A DNA stretch of 63,736 bases, filler included, from Octopus bimaculoides (Eukaryota), in the NCBI RefSeq assembly GCF_001194135.2. It is 6 parts of 6 records of this genome, joined end to end, with 100 filler letters (N's around TTAATTAATTAA, not from the genome) between each part and the next. Parts side by side here need not be neighbours in the genome. Positions count along the whole stretch, not along the records: positions 24,994 to 41,124 come from NC_068990.1; positions 41,225 to 54,627 come from NC_068986.1; 4 more parts are not named here. One strand, 5' to 3'. How positions within the stretch are numbered: the first letter of the stretch is position 1; every line of letters begins with the position of its first letter. A model generated the notes under the pieces. That model had not been told where the DNA came from. It searched no databases and saw nothing but the letters and a program-made list of their open reading frames with translations. Shown piece after piece: positions 40,237-50,695 of this stretch. The position numbers were made by a program, and so were the translations under genes.

Positions 40237-41124
40237 TTATGTTTGACTTTTGCTTTGCATTTGTATAAGTTGGATCCAAGTCTCACCCAGAGACCTCAAG
40301 AGACAACAAGTTAGAAGTTCATGTAGGTGTTATGCCTAGGATACCATATATTTGAATTTGTACAGTGTTGTTCTAGAGAATGTTTTAAAATTTGAGATCA
40401 CATAGACAGTATTTTACATAGGATATGGGCAGTTCCCATGAGCACTATCTTTTGAACTTCAGCCATTTTGGGGTTTCCTGGTATCTGAGCTAAGTAGTAA
40501 TCAGCCCGTTTCGCTGTCATTCCCAGGGCACCTATGACAATAGGTATTGTTTTCATCTTCAGATTCCACATTTTGCTAATTTCTATTTCAAGATCTTTAT
40601 ATTTGCTCAATTTTTGGTAGGTCTTGACAGATACGTTTATATCAATTGGGACAGTCATATCAATGAGGAGGCATGATTTTTGTCTGAAGTCTTTCAGTAT
40701 GATGTCTGGCCTAATTGCATCTATCTTTCTCTCAGTTTGAATGGTGAAGTTCCAGAGGAGTGTGATGTGATCATTTTCAAGTACTGGGGGTGGTTTGTGT
40801 TCCCTCCAATTTTTATTATGGGGCAAGTCCAGGTTTTTGCAAATTACCCAGTGAATATATTGTGCAGCTCTATCATGCCTGTTGAGATACTCTGTAGGCG
40901 CAAGCAAACTGCACATGGAGACAACATGATCGATGGTCTCATTTTGTTGTTGGCATATACAACATAATGGGGAGTTGCCGTTCTTTAATATGTTGGCCTG
41001 ATAGTTCTTTGTAGGTAGGCATTGATCTTGGGCTGCTATGATAAACCCCTCTGTTTCTGATTTCAAGCCAAAGGCCATTAGCCATTGATGGGTAAGGGCT
41101 TTGTCAATATCTGCATTATTCGCT
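40163..41124 (-). mobile_element. R4/Dong-like LINE, family A, 3' ~1 kb with long open RLE frame and (AAT)n tail
   Basis: ORF 40398-41078: AAQDQCL...CCICQQQNETIDHVVSMC...RHD...RPDIIL...LIDMTVP...K.SKYKDL...IPIVIGALG...QKIVLMGTAHIL. (TTA)n at 40163-40233. 5' side runs into a gap. Confidence 0.92.
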
Positions 41125-41649
41125 NNNNNNNNNNNNNNNNNNNNNNNNNNNNNNNNNNNNNNNNNNNNTTAATTAATTAANNNNNNNNNNNNNNNNNNNN
41201 NNNNNNNNNNNNNNNNNNNNNNNNATATATATATATATATATATACATATATACATATATATAATGTATACACACACACATTCACACACAAACTTACTCA
41301 CACACACACACATATATTTACATACATAGATACATACATACATATACATATTTATGTATACACACACATACACACATATAATACATGCATGCATACATAC
41401 AACATGTAAAAACCTAGAAAGTGCACAACGTAAACAATGAGGTAACGTTTAGAGAGTTCTGTTCTTAATTGGAATCCCAAAGGGTCACAAGAGTTGGATA
41501 GCATCGTCAGAATTTGTAGGTCGATAAAGATAAGGAGATATCCCCTAAAGCATTTGAAGATATCACTTCAATCAGCTTTGCCTTTTATCTTGCTAAAACT
41601 ATGGCGATGCATTAGCTTGTCAAATAAATTCGGTCGTTCTTTTCCTTTT

Positions 41650-42370
41650 CGTTGCTCGCACACTCGCGGCACTGATCAACGGAACAGCCTGCTCGTGAAA
41701 TTAGCGTGCAAGTGGCTGAGCACTCCACCGACACGTGTACCCTTAACGTAGTTCTCGGGGAGATTGAGTGTGACACACAGTGTGACAATGCTGATTCCCA
41801 AATCGGGCGTTGTGAGTGTTTATTGAGCGAAAACACCTAAAGCTTCACGAGGCTCCGGTAGGGGACGGTGGCGAACCCTGCTGTAGTCTTTCACCACAAC
41901 TTTCTTCCACTCTTTCTTCCTGTTTCTGTTCTACCTGTAATTCAAAGGGCCAGCCTTGTCACACTGTGTCACGCTGAATATCCCCGAGAACTACGTTAAG
42001 GGTACACGTGTCTGTGGAGTGCTCGGCCACTTGCACATTAATCNNNNNNNNNNNNNNNNNNNNNNNNNNNNNNNNNNNNNNNNNNTGATTCCCAAATCGG
42101 GCGTTGTGAGTGTTTATTGAGCGAAAACACCTAAAGCTTCACGAGGCTCCGGTAGGGGACGGTGGCGAACCCTGCTGTAGTCTTTCACCACAACTTTCTT
42201 CCACTCTTTCTTCCTGTTTCTGTTCTACCTGTAATTCAAAGGGCCAGCCTTGTCACACTGTGTCACGCTGAATATCCCCGAGAACTACGTTAAGGGTACA
42301 CGTGTCTGTGGAGTGCTCGGCCACTTGCACATTAATCTCACGAGCAGGCTGTTCCATTGATCGGATCAGT
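41650..42370. mobile_element. Head-to-head SINE pieces: 3' part inverted (41650-41792) joined to a + copy; 41793-42043 duplicated at 42086-42338 across a gap
   Basis: Same family as 55863. The duplicate across the N gap is essentially identical, probably an assembly overlap. Confidence 0.8.
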
Positions 42371-42374
42371 CGAT

Positions 42375-42409
<35 letters not shown>

Positions 42410-42419
42410 TACATACTTA

Positions 42420-42778
42420 CGGGGTCTGATCAAAAAGTATCCGAACTGTTGCTATAGTACCGAAGCTAAAGCGCGGAGAGTAAAACCGCTTGGGCACAGA
42501 TTGACCGTGAAACTCTGCAGTGCATGCGCATTAAGTGTTAACGTTCAAGCTCGCTTACGTTGTTTACAACAGTGTTTGTATGGAAGGAGTGTAGCGTGTG
42601 GTCGTCGCGTGAAATAAAGTGTCTTGCTCAAGAACACAACGCGTCGCCGGGAATTGAACTCACGGACTTAACGCGTGCACAACAGAGTTGAAGGTCAATC
42701 TTTGCCAAGCGGCTTCACCCTGCGTGCCATAGCTTCGTTCATATTGCAACAGACTGGATACTTATTGATCAGACCTCG
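42420..42778. mobile_element. Mariner-type MITE (359 bp) with TA TSD and an internal SINE-head fragment
   Basis: TA|CGGGGTCTGATCAAAAAGTATCC ... GGATACTTATTGATCAGACCTCG|TA. Long inverted arms; same family as 16777. Confidence 0.88.
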
Positions 42779-43037
42779 TATATATGTTTGCAATCACCTT
42801 CATTAACTCCGAGGGAGCTACAGGATGTGCACAAGCACTCAGCTCTGTGAGCAATATTTCCCTAGGCAGAGACAGCTGTAAGCTAATGAAGCTGATTATG
42901 TGACTCCTGTACTTTTGTCCTTTATCAATCGATATTACGCTCTGTACTCGCCTAACACTGTACTCTACTAAAGCATAAGAATATTGCGTTCCATTAACAA
43001 GGCATTAGTATCACTATGCTTCAGCATGGAAATTATA

Positions 43038-43112
<75 letters not shown>

Positions 43113-43949
43113 NNNNNNNNNNNNNNNNNNNNNNNNNNNNNNNNNNNNNNNNNNNNNNNNNNNNNNNNNNNNNNNNNNNNNNNNNNNNNNNNNNNNNNNN
43201 NNNNNNNNNNNNNNNNNNNNNNNNNNNNNNNNNNNNNNNNNNNNNNNNNNNNNNNNNNNNNNNNNNNNNNNNNNNNNNNNNNNNNNNNNNNNNNNNNNNN
43301 NNNNNNNNNNNNNNNNNNNNNNNNNNNNNNNNNNNNNNNNNNNNNNNNNNNNNNNNNNNNNNNNNNNNNNNNNNNNNNNNNNNNNNNNNNNNNNNNNNNN
43401 NNNNNNNNNNNNNNNNNNNNNNNNNNNNNNNNNNNNNNNNNNNNNNNNNNNNNNNNNNNNNNNNNNNNNNNNNNNNNNNNNNNNNNNNNNNNNNNNNNNN
43501 NNNNNNNNNNNNNNNNNNNNNNNNNNNNNNNNNNNNNNNNNNNNNNNNNNNNNNNNNNNNNNNNNNNNNNNNNNNNNNNNNNNNNNNNNNNNNNNNNNNN
43601 NNNNNNNNNNNNNNNNNNNNNNNNNNNNNNNNNNNNNNNNNNNNNNNNNNNNNNNNNNNNNNNNNNNNNNNNNNNNNNNNNNNNNNNNNNNNNNNNNNNN
43701 NNNNNNNNNNNNNNNNNNNNNNNNNNNNNNNNNNNNNNNNNNNNNNNNNNNNNNNNNNNNNNNNNNNNNNNNNNNNNNNNNNNNNNNNNNNNNNNNNATA
43801 TATATATATCGTATGTATATCCACACAGATATATGTGTGTGTACGTGTGTGTGTGTGTGTGCTCTGAGGGAAAGATCCGGTTCCTGTCGAAGATTTAAAA
43901 AAAAAAGAATACATTTGCAAACCAAATTACAAAATGGAAAAACTAAAAC

Positions 43950-44001
<52 letters not shown>

Positions 44002-45076
44002 ACACAAGAATATATGCCACATACATTCTATAGAGATAAGACAACGCCTTTTCTTACCATATGCAATCTTCATAATGAATCATTTTAATAAAGCACAGCA
44101 TGTGTCTATGTGTGCATATGCGTATTCGTATAAACCTCTTCGTATGTGTGTGTTTGCGTGCTTTCGTGCGTGTGTGTGTATGTGTGTGTGTGTGTGTGTG
44201 CGCGTGTGTGTGTGTGTGCGTGTGTGTATGTGTGTGAGAACTATCCGAACAGACCAGATTAAAATAACAAATAATTTAATAATTCGGGGTTCAAGGTCAG
44301 CTTCAGTAGGTTAAGGCTGAACCACCCACCGCCTAACATAATAGACGTGAATTTGTAACAGCTCTTGGGTGTTAGTCTCTGTGAGTTGTCGTCTGCGCAT
44401 TATCGTCTGCTATGTAATGGCTGCATTTTTTTGCGTATGTGAATAATGCGTGAATATGTGTATGTATACGTGTGTTTGAGCGAACACATAAACAGATACA
44501 TACATACATACATACATACATGTCTAGACATGCTGCTATATGCACGAGAATACATGCATAAAACAAAACATGCAAATCTGCACGTTTACATACATACATT
44601 CATACATACATATGTATGTAGGTTACAGCATTCTCAAAGGATGAAGGGTTGGAGTTTGGTCAGGATAAATGTTATATGGTTGTGAAAAGGGGGAAAACTA
44701 TAAACCAGACCAGCAACATCTCCATCAATGATTTGACTGTTTCATTTACATTTGACGAGGAACGTTACAGGTATCTAAGGGTGGATGAAGACATAGCTTA
44801 CAATAGAATCCAATAACAAAACACGTGTCACAAAGAATATTACAGCCGAACAAAGAAAATTTGGACCTCAGAACTCTTTGCAGTCAATAAAACAGTGGCC
44901 CACAATGTGTTTGCAGTGTTAGTACTCATACCAATATTTGAGCTGCTTGATTGGACGCTTGACGAGATTCGAAGCAATTGATGTGAAAACCCGAAAAATA
45001 CTAACAAGCACACATAATACATTATTTACATTATTTTCCGATGTTGTTGTTGTTGTTGTTATTGTTGTTGTTGTTG

Positions 45077-45112
<36 letters not shown>

Positions 45113-46030
45113 TCACTGCCTGGAATCGAACTCGGAATCTTGAGGTTAGTAGCCCGCGCTATTATATACCAGTTCCCATGTGCTACTCATATCTGCACCA
45201 GGTCTTCTTAGGAGGTTGTTCTGTCCTAGCATATGTGCTGCTTCTGTTAGTTTTCGTATTTTCCAGTGGTGTTCTCTGTCTATTATTTTAACTCCATCCC
45301 ATAGGGGAAGGTGGTCTCCATTTTTTCATTTATGAACAGCTATACCCGATTTATCAATGTCTCCTCGTGTCACAGATTTGCGATGTTCCTCTGCGCTTAT
45401 TTTGAGGGAGCGGATGTTTCGCCTTTGCATAACTTACCACAGCTGCATGGGATGGAGTACACGCAGTCTTTGGTCATATTCTCTTCTATTGGTGGTTTTA
45501 CTCGAAGGAGATATTTGCGAAGTGTTGTATTACTCTTGAATACTGTCCTGATGTCATATGGGACGCACATCTTTTGTATCTTTTCGGAGAGGCTTTTCAC
45601 ATAAAGTATACAGTTTATGGGTTTCATCCTCTCTTCTCTTTATAATTGGAGAGAATTGTATGTTTTGGGGCTAGCTGTTGCTTAATAGATTGTTACTTAG
45701 CTTGACAATTTCTTCGTGGTGTGTATCAGAATCGCTACTTATATTCTTTGCCCGATGTTTTAGGCACTGAGTAATCCCTCTCTTTACTCTGTATGGATGG
45801 TGGGAATTGAAGTTGAGGTATCGTCCACTGAAGGTTGGCTTGCAGTATACAGATGTCTTGGATCCATACTTGGGGCGTGTTATTAATACATCTAGGAATG
45901 CTAGCTGATTGTGTTTTTCCTTTTCCATTGTGAACTGTATGGATGGCTTTATTGAGTTCACATGATCTAACAGTACTTGGACATCTTCCTGGTGAGGCCA
46001 GAGTATAAAGGTGTCATCAACATATCGTTG

Positions 46031-46034
<4 letters not shown>

Positions 46035-46106
<72 letters not shown>

Positions 46107-46676
46107 GATAGACGCAAATAGGCCAGACATCATACTGAAAGACTTCAGACAAAAATCATGCCTCCTCATTGATATGACNNNNNNNNNNNNNNNNNNNNNN
46201 NNNNNNNNNNNNNNNNNNNNNNNNNNNNNNNNNNNNNNNNNNNNNNNNNNNNNNNNNNNNNNNNNNNNNNNNNNNNNNNNNNNNNNNNNNNNNNNNNNNN
46301 NNNNNNNNNNNNNNNNNNNNNNNNNNNNNNNNNNNNNNNNNNNNNNNNNNNNNNNNNNNNNNNNNNNNNNNNNNNNNNNNNNNNNNNNNNNNNNNNNNNN
46401 NNNNNNNNNNNNNNNNNNNNNNNNNNNNNNNNNNNNNNNNNNNNNNNNNNNNNNNNNNNNNNNNNNNNNNNNNNNNNNNNNNNNNNNNNNNNNNNNNNNN
46501 NNNNNNNNNNNNNNNNNNNNNNNNNNNNNNNNNNNNNNNNNNNNNNNNNNNNNNNNNNNNNNNNNNNNNNNNNNNNNNNNNNNNNNNNNNNNNNNNNNNN
46601 NNNNNNNNNNNNNNNNNNNNNNNNNNNNNNNNNNNNNNNNNNACTTGTACAAATGCAAAACAAAAGTCAAACATAA

Positions 46677-46710
<34 letters not shown>
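46035..46710 (+). mobile_element. Family A 5'-truncated copy flanked by (AAT)n on both sides (middle in gap)
   Basis: 46107-46178 nearly identical to the reverse complement of ~40652-40723. 46644-46680 matches the 3' terminus at 40234-40271. Confidence 0.85.
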
Positions 46711-46711
<1 letters not shown>

Positions 46712-46716
<5 letters not shown>

Positions 46717-46995
46717 GAAACAATTCCTATCATAGTAGGTGCCTTAGGTATAATAAAAAAATATTCAGACAAATACATAACAAAAACACCAGGACTTACA
46801 AATATATATAACATACAGAAAATTGCACTACTGGGTACTGCACACATTCTACGCAAAACACTTTCAATACAGTAAACATAAGAGCACCACAGCAAACCAC
46901 AGCACATACCCAAGGCGCACAGAGCTGCGCTCGGTAGTGAAGTGAAAGCACGTTATAAAAATAAAACTACTGAACAATAATAATAATAATAATAA
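46712..46995 (+). mobile_element. R4/Dong-like family B 3' fragment with (AAT)n tail
   Basis: TETIPIIVGALGIIKK...IQKIALLGTAHILRKTLSIQ*, 3'UTR, AATAAAACTACTG then (AAT)n. Confidence 0.85.
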
Positions 46996-47374
46996 CAACA
47001 GCAACAAGCCAAATACTCAAAGTCTTCTATGTATATATTGGATATTATCGGTGATAATGGCGAACCCATAGCTAGACCCTCTTCTCGTCGATATATATCA
47101 GTGTCCATTCTGAAGTAGGTAGTTTCTACATGGAAGAAAAGCAAATAATTTCCACATAAATAGTGACGTAGACCGCCTCTACCTAAAACGAAAGCAAGGC
47201 GGCAGAGGCTCTATAATGAAATCCGTCGGATAATCCCGAGTTCAAAGAAATAAGAACCTACAATATGGTAGAAGCCATAGCCTATTATTATCAGTTAGTT
47301 GTCCATAAATGAGTAAACATGCCAACTGAGTATGAGAAACAGTCTGGACGTACTTTGATATTACCGAAAATTAA

Positions 47375-47459
47375 TGGTTATGCCATGTAACTGGTCAGCC
47401 TGTTACCATCAGTTTCCCACAGCGTCTGTAACATTATGACCAGTTGTATGCCATAACCA
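47375..47459 (+). other. 85-nt imperfect stem-loop of pre-miRNA dimensions
   Basis: 32 symmetric positions, 28 paired (2 G.U), 21-nt loop. Confidence 0.55.
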
Positions 47460-47676
47460 GTAGCAGACGACTCGATCTTATACATATGGGGAATAGAAAC
47501 ACGTGTACTTGGCAAGGAGCATCGTAATTACTCTGGAGGAAATAATTGTCACTGAATATGTGCTGTATAACTACGAGTTTTAATTGGAGCTATGTCAAAT
47601 GTTTCTGTGAGAAAAAGACAGAAAGGAAGAATCCAGACAAAAATCGGTAAAAAAGATGACGTGTGTATATTATGTG

Positions 47677-47752
<76 letters not shown>

Positions 47753-48122
47753 NNNNNNNNNNNNNNNNNNNNNNNNNNNNNNNNNNNNNNNNNNNNNNNN
47801 NNNNNNNNNNNNNNNNNNNNNNNNNNNNNNNNNNNNNNNNNNNNNNNNNNNNNNNNNNNNNNNNNNNNNNNNNNNNNNNNNNNNNNNNNNNNNNNNNNNN
47901 NNNNNNNNNNNNNNNNNNNNNNNNNNNNNNNNNNNNNNNNNNNNNNNNNNNNNNNNNNNNNNNNNNNNNNNNNNNNNNNNNNNNNNNNNNNNNNNNNNNN
48001 NNNNNNNNNNNNNNNNNNNNNNNNNNNNNNNNNNNNNNNNNNNNNNNNNNNNNNNNNNNNNNNNNNNNNNNNNNNNNNNNNNNNNNNNNNNNNNNNNNNN
48101 NNNNNNNNNNNNNNNNNNNNNN

Positions 48123-48173
<51 letters not shown>

Positions 48174-49156
48174 CATAAATATACATGTAAAATATGTCTG
48201 CACACGCACACAATCGCGCACACACACATGCACACAAACAAATACATACACCACCCCCCCCACACACAAAATAGACGTTATAAACAGACGCACTATATAG
48301 CATAAGTATATATACATGTGTTCATATCCATATATATAAATATGTTTATTTATATAAACTATATACGGAGTCATACACATATATACCTATTAGCTCGCCT
48401 ACGTACCCCCACGCATACATGTAGTAATTAATATATATGTGTATATGTATATATATATGTGTGTGTGTGACTGTGTATGATTGTGTACGTGCGCGCATAC
48501 ATATGCACATAAATTAGCGTTTAGAAAATTATGATTATTTAACTTCATAAAACAATGAAAATTTCTATATTTAACATTTGACAATATAATGAACTCAGCA
48601 AATAGATGAGAGCATAGTGTATTTAGACAGAAAAGGAGTCAGAGAGAGAAAGAGAGAGAGAGAGAGAGAAAACGAAGAGACTCGAGAGAAGAGAGGAAGA
48701 AGCTACTGTGATGTGTTGTGAGATATTATGATTCAGAGGCAAAATAAAGAGTCAAGTCACCAGATTTATAATTAATCAGCTGAAGATGACAACGGTTTGC
48801 AAGAATTGTAAGAGAAGCAGACGATATCGTGCAGACGACAACGCACAGAGAATAACACGCAGACGACATCGTTGTTTTAATGTGGTTGTTTCGGTTCAAG
48901 ATAAACCTGAATGAGATGACCTGATAAACCTGAATGAGACATCACAGTATCTTGATTAATATCTCTAAGAGATTAACGCAGTAGTTGTACTAACAAGTAA
49001 TATTCGCAGCCACTTCAACATGGCTGTCCGTTCGAACGGACTCTACTGCGATTTTTTTTAGCCCCAAGAGGACATCTCTGGCTGGTTAACGATGCAGAGC
49101 TGCATCAGATAAATTGCGAGCAGGGTGCAAACCCCTACCAACTTCTAGCGACGGGA

Positions 49157-49207
49157 CCAGCAGCCCAGTCCTGGTTTCCGGCTATTTCTGCCACTCTTCA
49201 ATACTGG
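49157..49207 (-). ncRNA. Degenerate copy of the same hammerhead ribozyme
   Basis: Reverse complement reads CCAGTA TTGAAGA GTGGC AGAAATA GCCG GAAA CCAGGACTGG GC TGCTGG. C3>U and U16.1>G changes predict inactivity. Confidence 0.7.
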
Positions 49208-50264
49208 GCACATCGTCTGCTAGAGATGGAAGTTGCTCGCTTCTGCTTGCAATATATATATATATATATATATATANNNNNNNNNNNNNNNNNNNNNNNN
49301 NNNNNNNNNNNNNNNNNNNNNNNNNNNNNNNNNNNNNNNNNNNNNNNNNNNNNNNNNNNNNNNNNNNNNNNNNNNNNNNNNNNNNNNNNNNNNNNNNNNN
49401 NNNNNNNNNNNNNNNNNNNNNNNNNNNNNNNNNNNNNNNNNNNNNNNNNNNNNNNNNNNNNNNNNNNNNNNNNNNNNNNNNNNNNNNNNNNNNNNNNNNN
49501 NNNNNNNNNNNNNNNNNNNNNNNNNNNNNNNNNNNNNNNNNNNNNNNNNNNNNNNNNNNNNNNNNNNNNNNNNNNNNNNNNNNNNNNNNNNNNNNNNNNN
49601 NNNNNNNNNNNNNNNNNNNNNNNNNNNNNNNNNNNNNNNNNNNNNNNNNNNNNNNNNNNNNNNNNNNNNNNNNNNNNNNNNNNNNNNNNNNNNNNNNNNN
49701 NNNNNNNNNNNNNNNNNNNNNNNNNNNNNNNNNNNNNNNNNNNNNNNNNNNNNNNNNNNNNNNNNNNNNNNNNNNNNNNNNNNNNNNNNNNNNNNNNNNN
49801 NNNNNNNNNNNNNNNNNNNNNNNNNNNNNNNNNNNNNNNNNNNNNNNNNNNNNNNNNNNNNNNNNNNNNNNNNNNNNNNNNNNNNNNNNNNNNNNNNNNN
49901 NNNNNNNNNNNNNNNNNNNNNNNNNNNNNNNNNNNNNNNNNNNNNNNNNNNNNNNNNNNNNNNNNNNNNNNNNNNNNNNNNNNNNNNNNNNNNNNNNNNN
50001 NNNNNNNNNNNNNNNNNNNNNNNNNNNNNNNNNNNNNNNNNNNNNNNNNNNNNNNNNNNNNNNNNNNNNNNNNNNNNNNNNNNNNNNNNNNNNNNNNNNN
50101 NNNNNNNNNNNNNNNNNNNNNNNNNNNNNNNNNNNNNNNNNNNNNNNNNNNNNNNNNNNNNNNNNNNNNNNNNNNNNNNNNNNNNNNNNNNNNNNNNNNN
50201 NNNNNNNNNNNNNNNNNNNNNNNNNNNNNNNNNNNNNNNNNNNNNNNNNNNNNNNNNNNNNNNN

Positions 50265-50301
<37 letters not shown>

Positions 50302-50343
50302 CGAGCAGAAGTGAGCTACTGCCATCACTAGCAAACGAGGTGT

Positions 50344-50394
50344 CCAGTACTGAAGAGCGGCAGAAATAGTCCGAAACCAGAGATGGTCTGCTGG
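50344..50394 (+). ncRNA. Type I hammerhead ribozyme with intact catalytic core
   Basis: Stem I CCAGTA/TGCTGG; core CTGAAGA (50350-56); stem II GCGGC-AGAAATA-GTCC (one bulge, one G.U); GAAA (50373-76); stem III ACCA-GAGA-TGGT; cleavage triplet GTC (cut after 50388). Confidence 0.85.
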
Positions 50395-50695
50395 TCTCAT
50401 CGCTAGAATGTGATAGGGGTTCGCTCCCCTGCTCGTAATTCATCGGATGCAGCTGTGCATCGTTAACCAACTAGAGGAGATGTCCTCTTGGGGTTAAATA
50501 AATCACAGTAAAGTCCGTTCGAACGGACAGCCGTGTTGAAGTGGCTACGAATATTACTTATTGTAGTTGGTGATGATGACAACATTTATCATCATCATCA
50601 TCATCATCATCATGAGTTTTTTCTTCTTTCAATTTTGTTTCCATTTCTTGGCGAGAGTTTTCCCGACACCTAGGGCAAAGAAACTCGTCGTTATA

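Larger units (their letters stand above)
45300..47144 (-). mobile_element. Penelope-like retroelement (RT + GIY-YIG relic), split by LINE insertions at ~46035-46995
   Basis: GLAMGSPLSPIISNIYIEDFE (47.0-47.1 kb), RYVDDTF...IQFTMEKE...LAFLDVLITR (45.7-46.03 kb), CVYSIPCSCGKLCKGET (45.4-45.5 kb). Frameshifted. Confidence 0.85.
44640..47285 (+). mobile_element. Family C-like LINE split by a ~2.1-kb nest (pieces 44640-45018 and 47145-47285)
   Basis: GLEFGQDKC...YYSRTKKIWTSEL...IDVKTRKILTSTHN resumes as NFHINSDVDRLYLKRKQGGRGL. ATAAT is present at both junctions. Confidence 0.75.
48992..50562. mobile_element. Inverted pair of ~263-nt HHR-containing units (retrozyme / Penelope pLTR-like) around (TA)n-gap-(TA)n
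   Basis: 48992-49252 is an imperfect reverse complement of 50299-50562. Each unit begins at the central (TA)n. The centre is a ~990-N gap. Confidence 0.75.

Noticed and set aside
41793-42338. Apparent 250-bp tandem duplication
   Set aside because: Essentially identical copies on either side of a short N gap; most likely an unmerged contig overlap.
48707-48946. Solo LTR (TGTGATGT...ACATCACA termini)
   Set aside because: 8-bp inverted ends are present, but no TSD, PBS or PPT; left uncalled.
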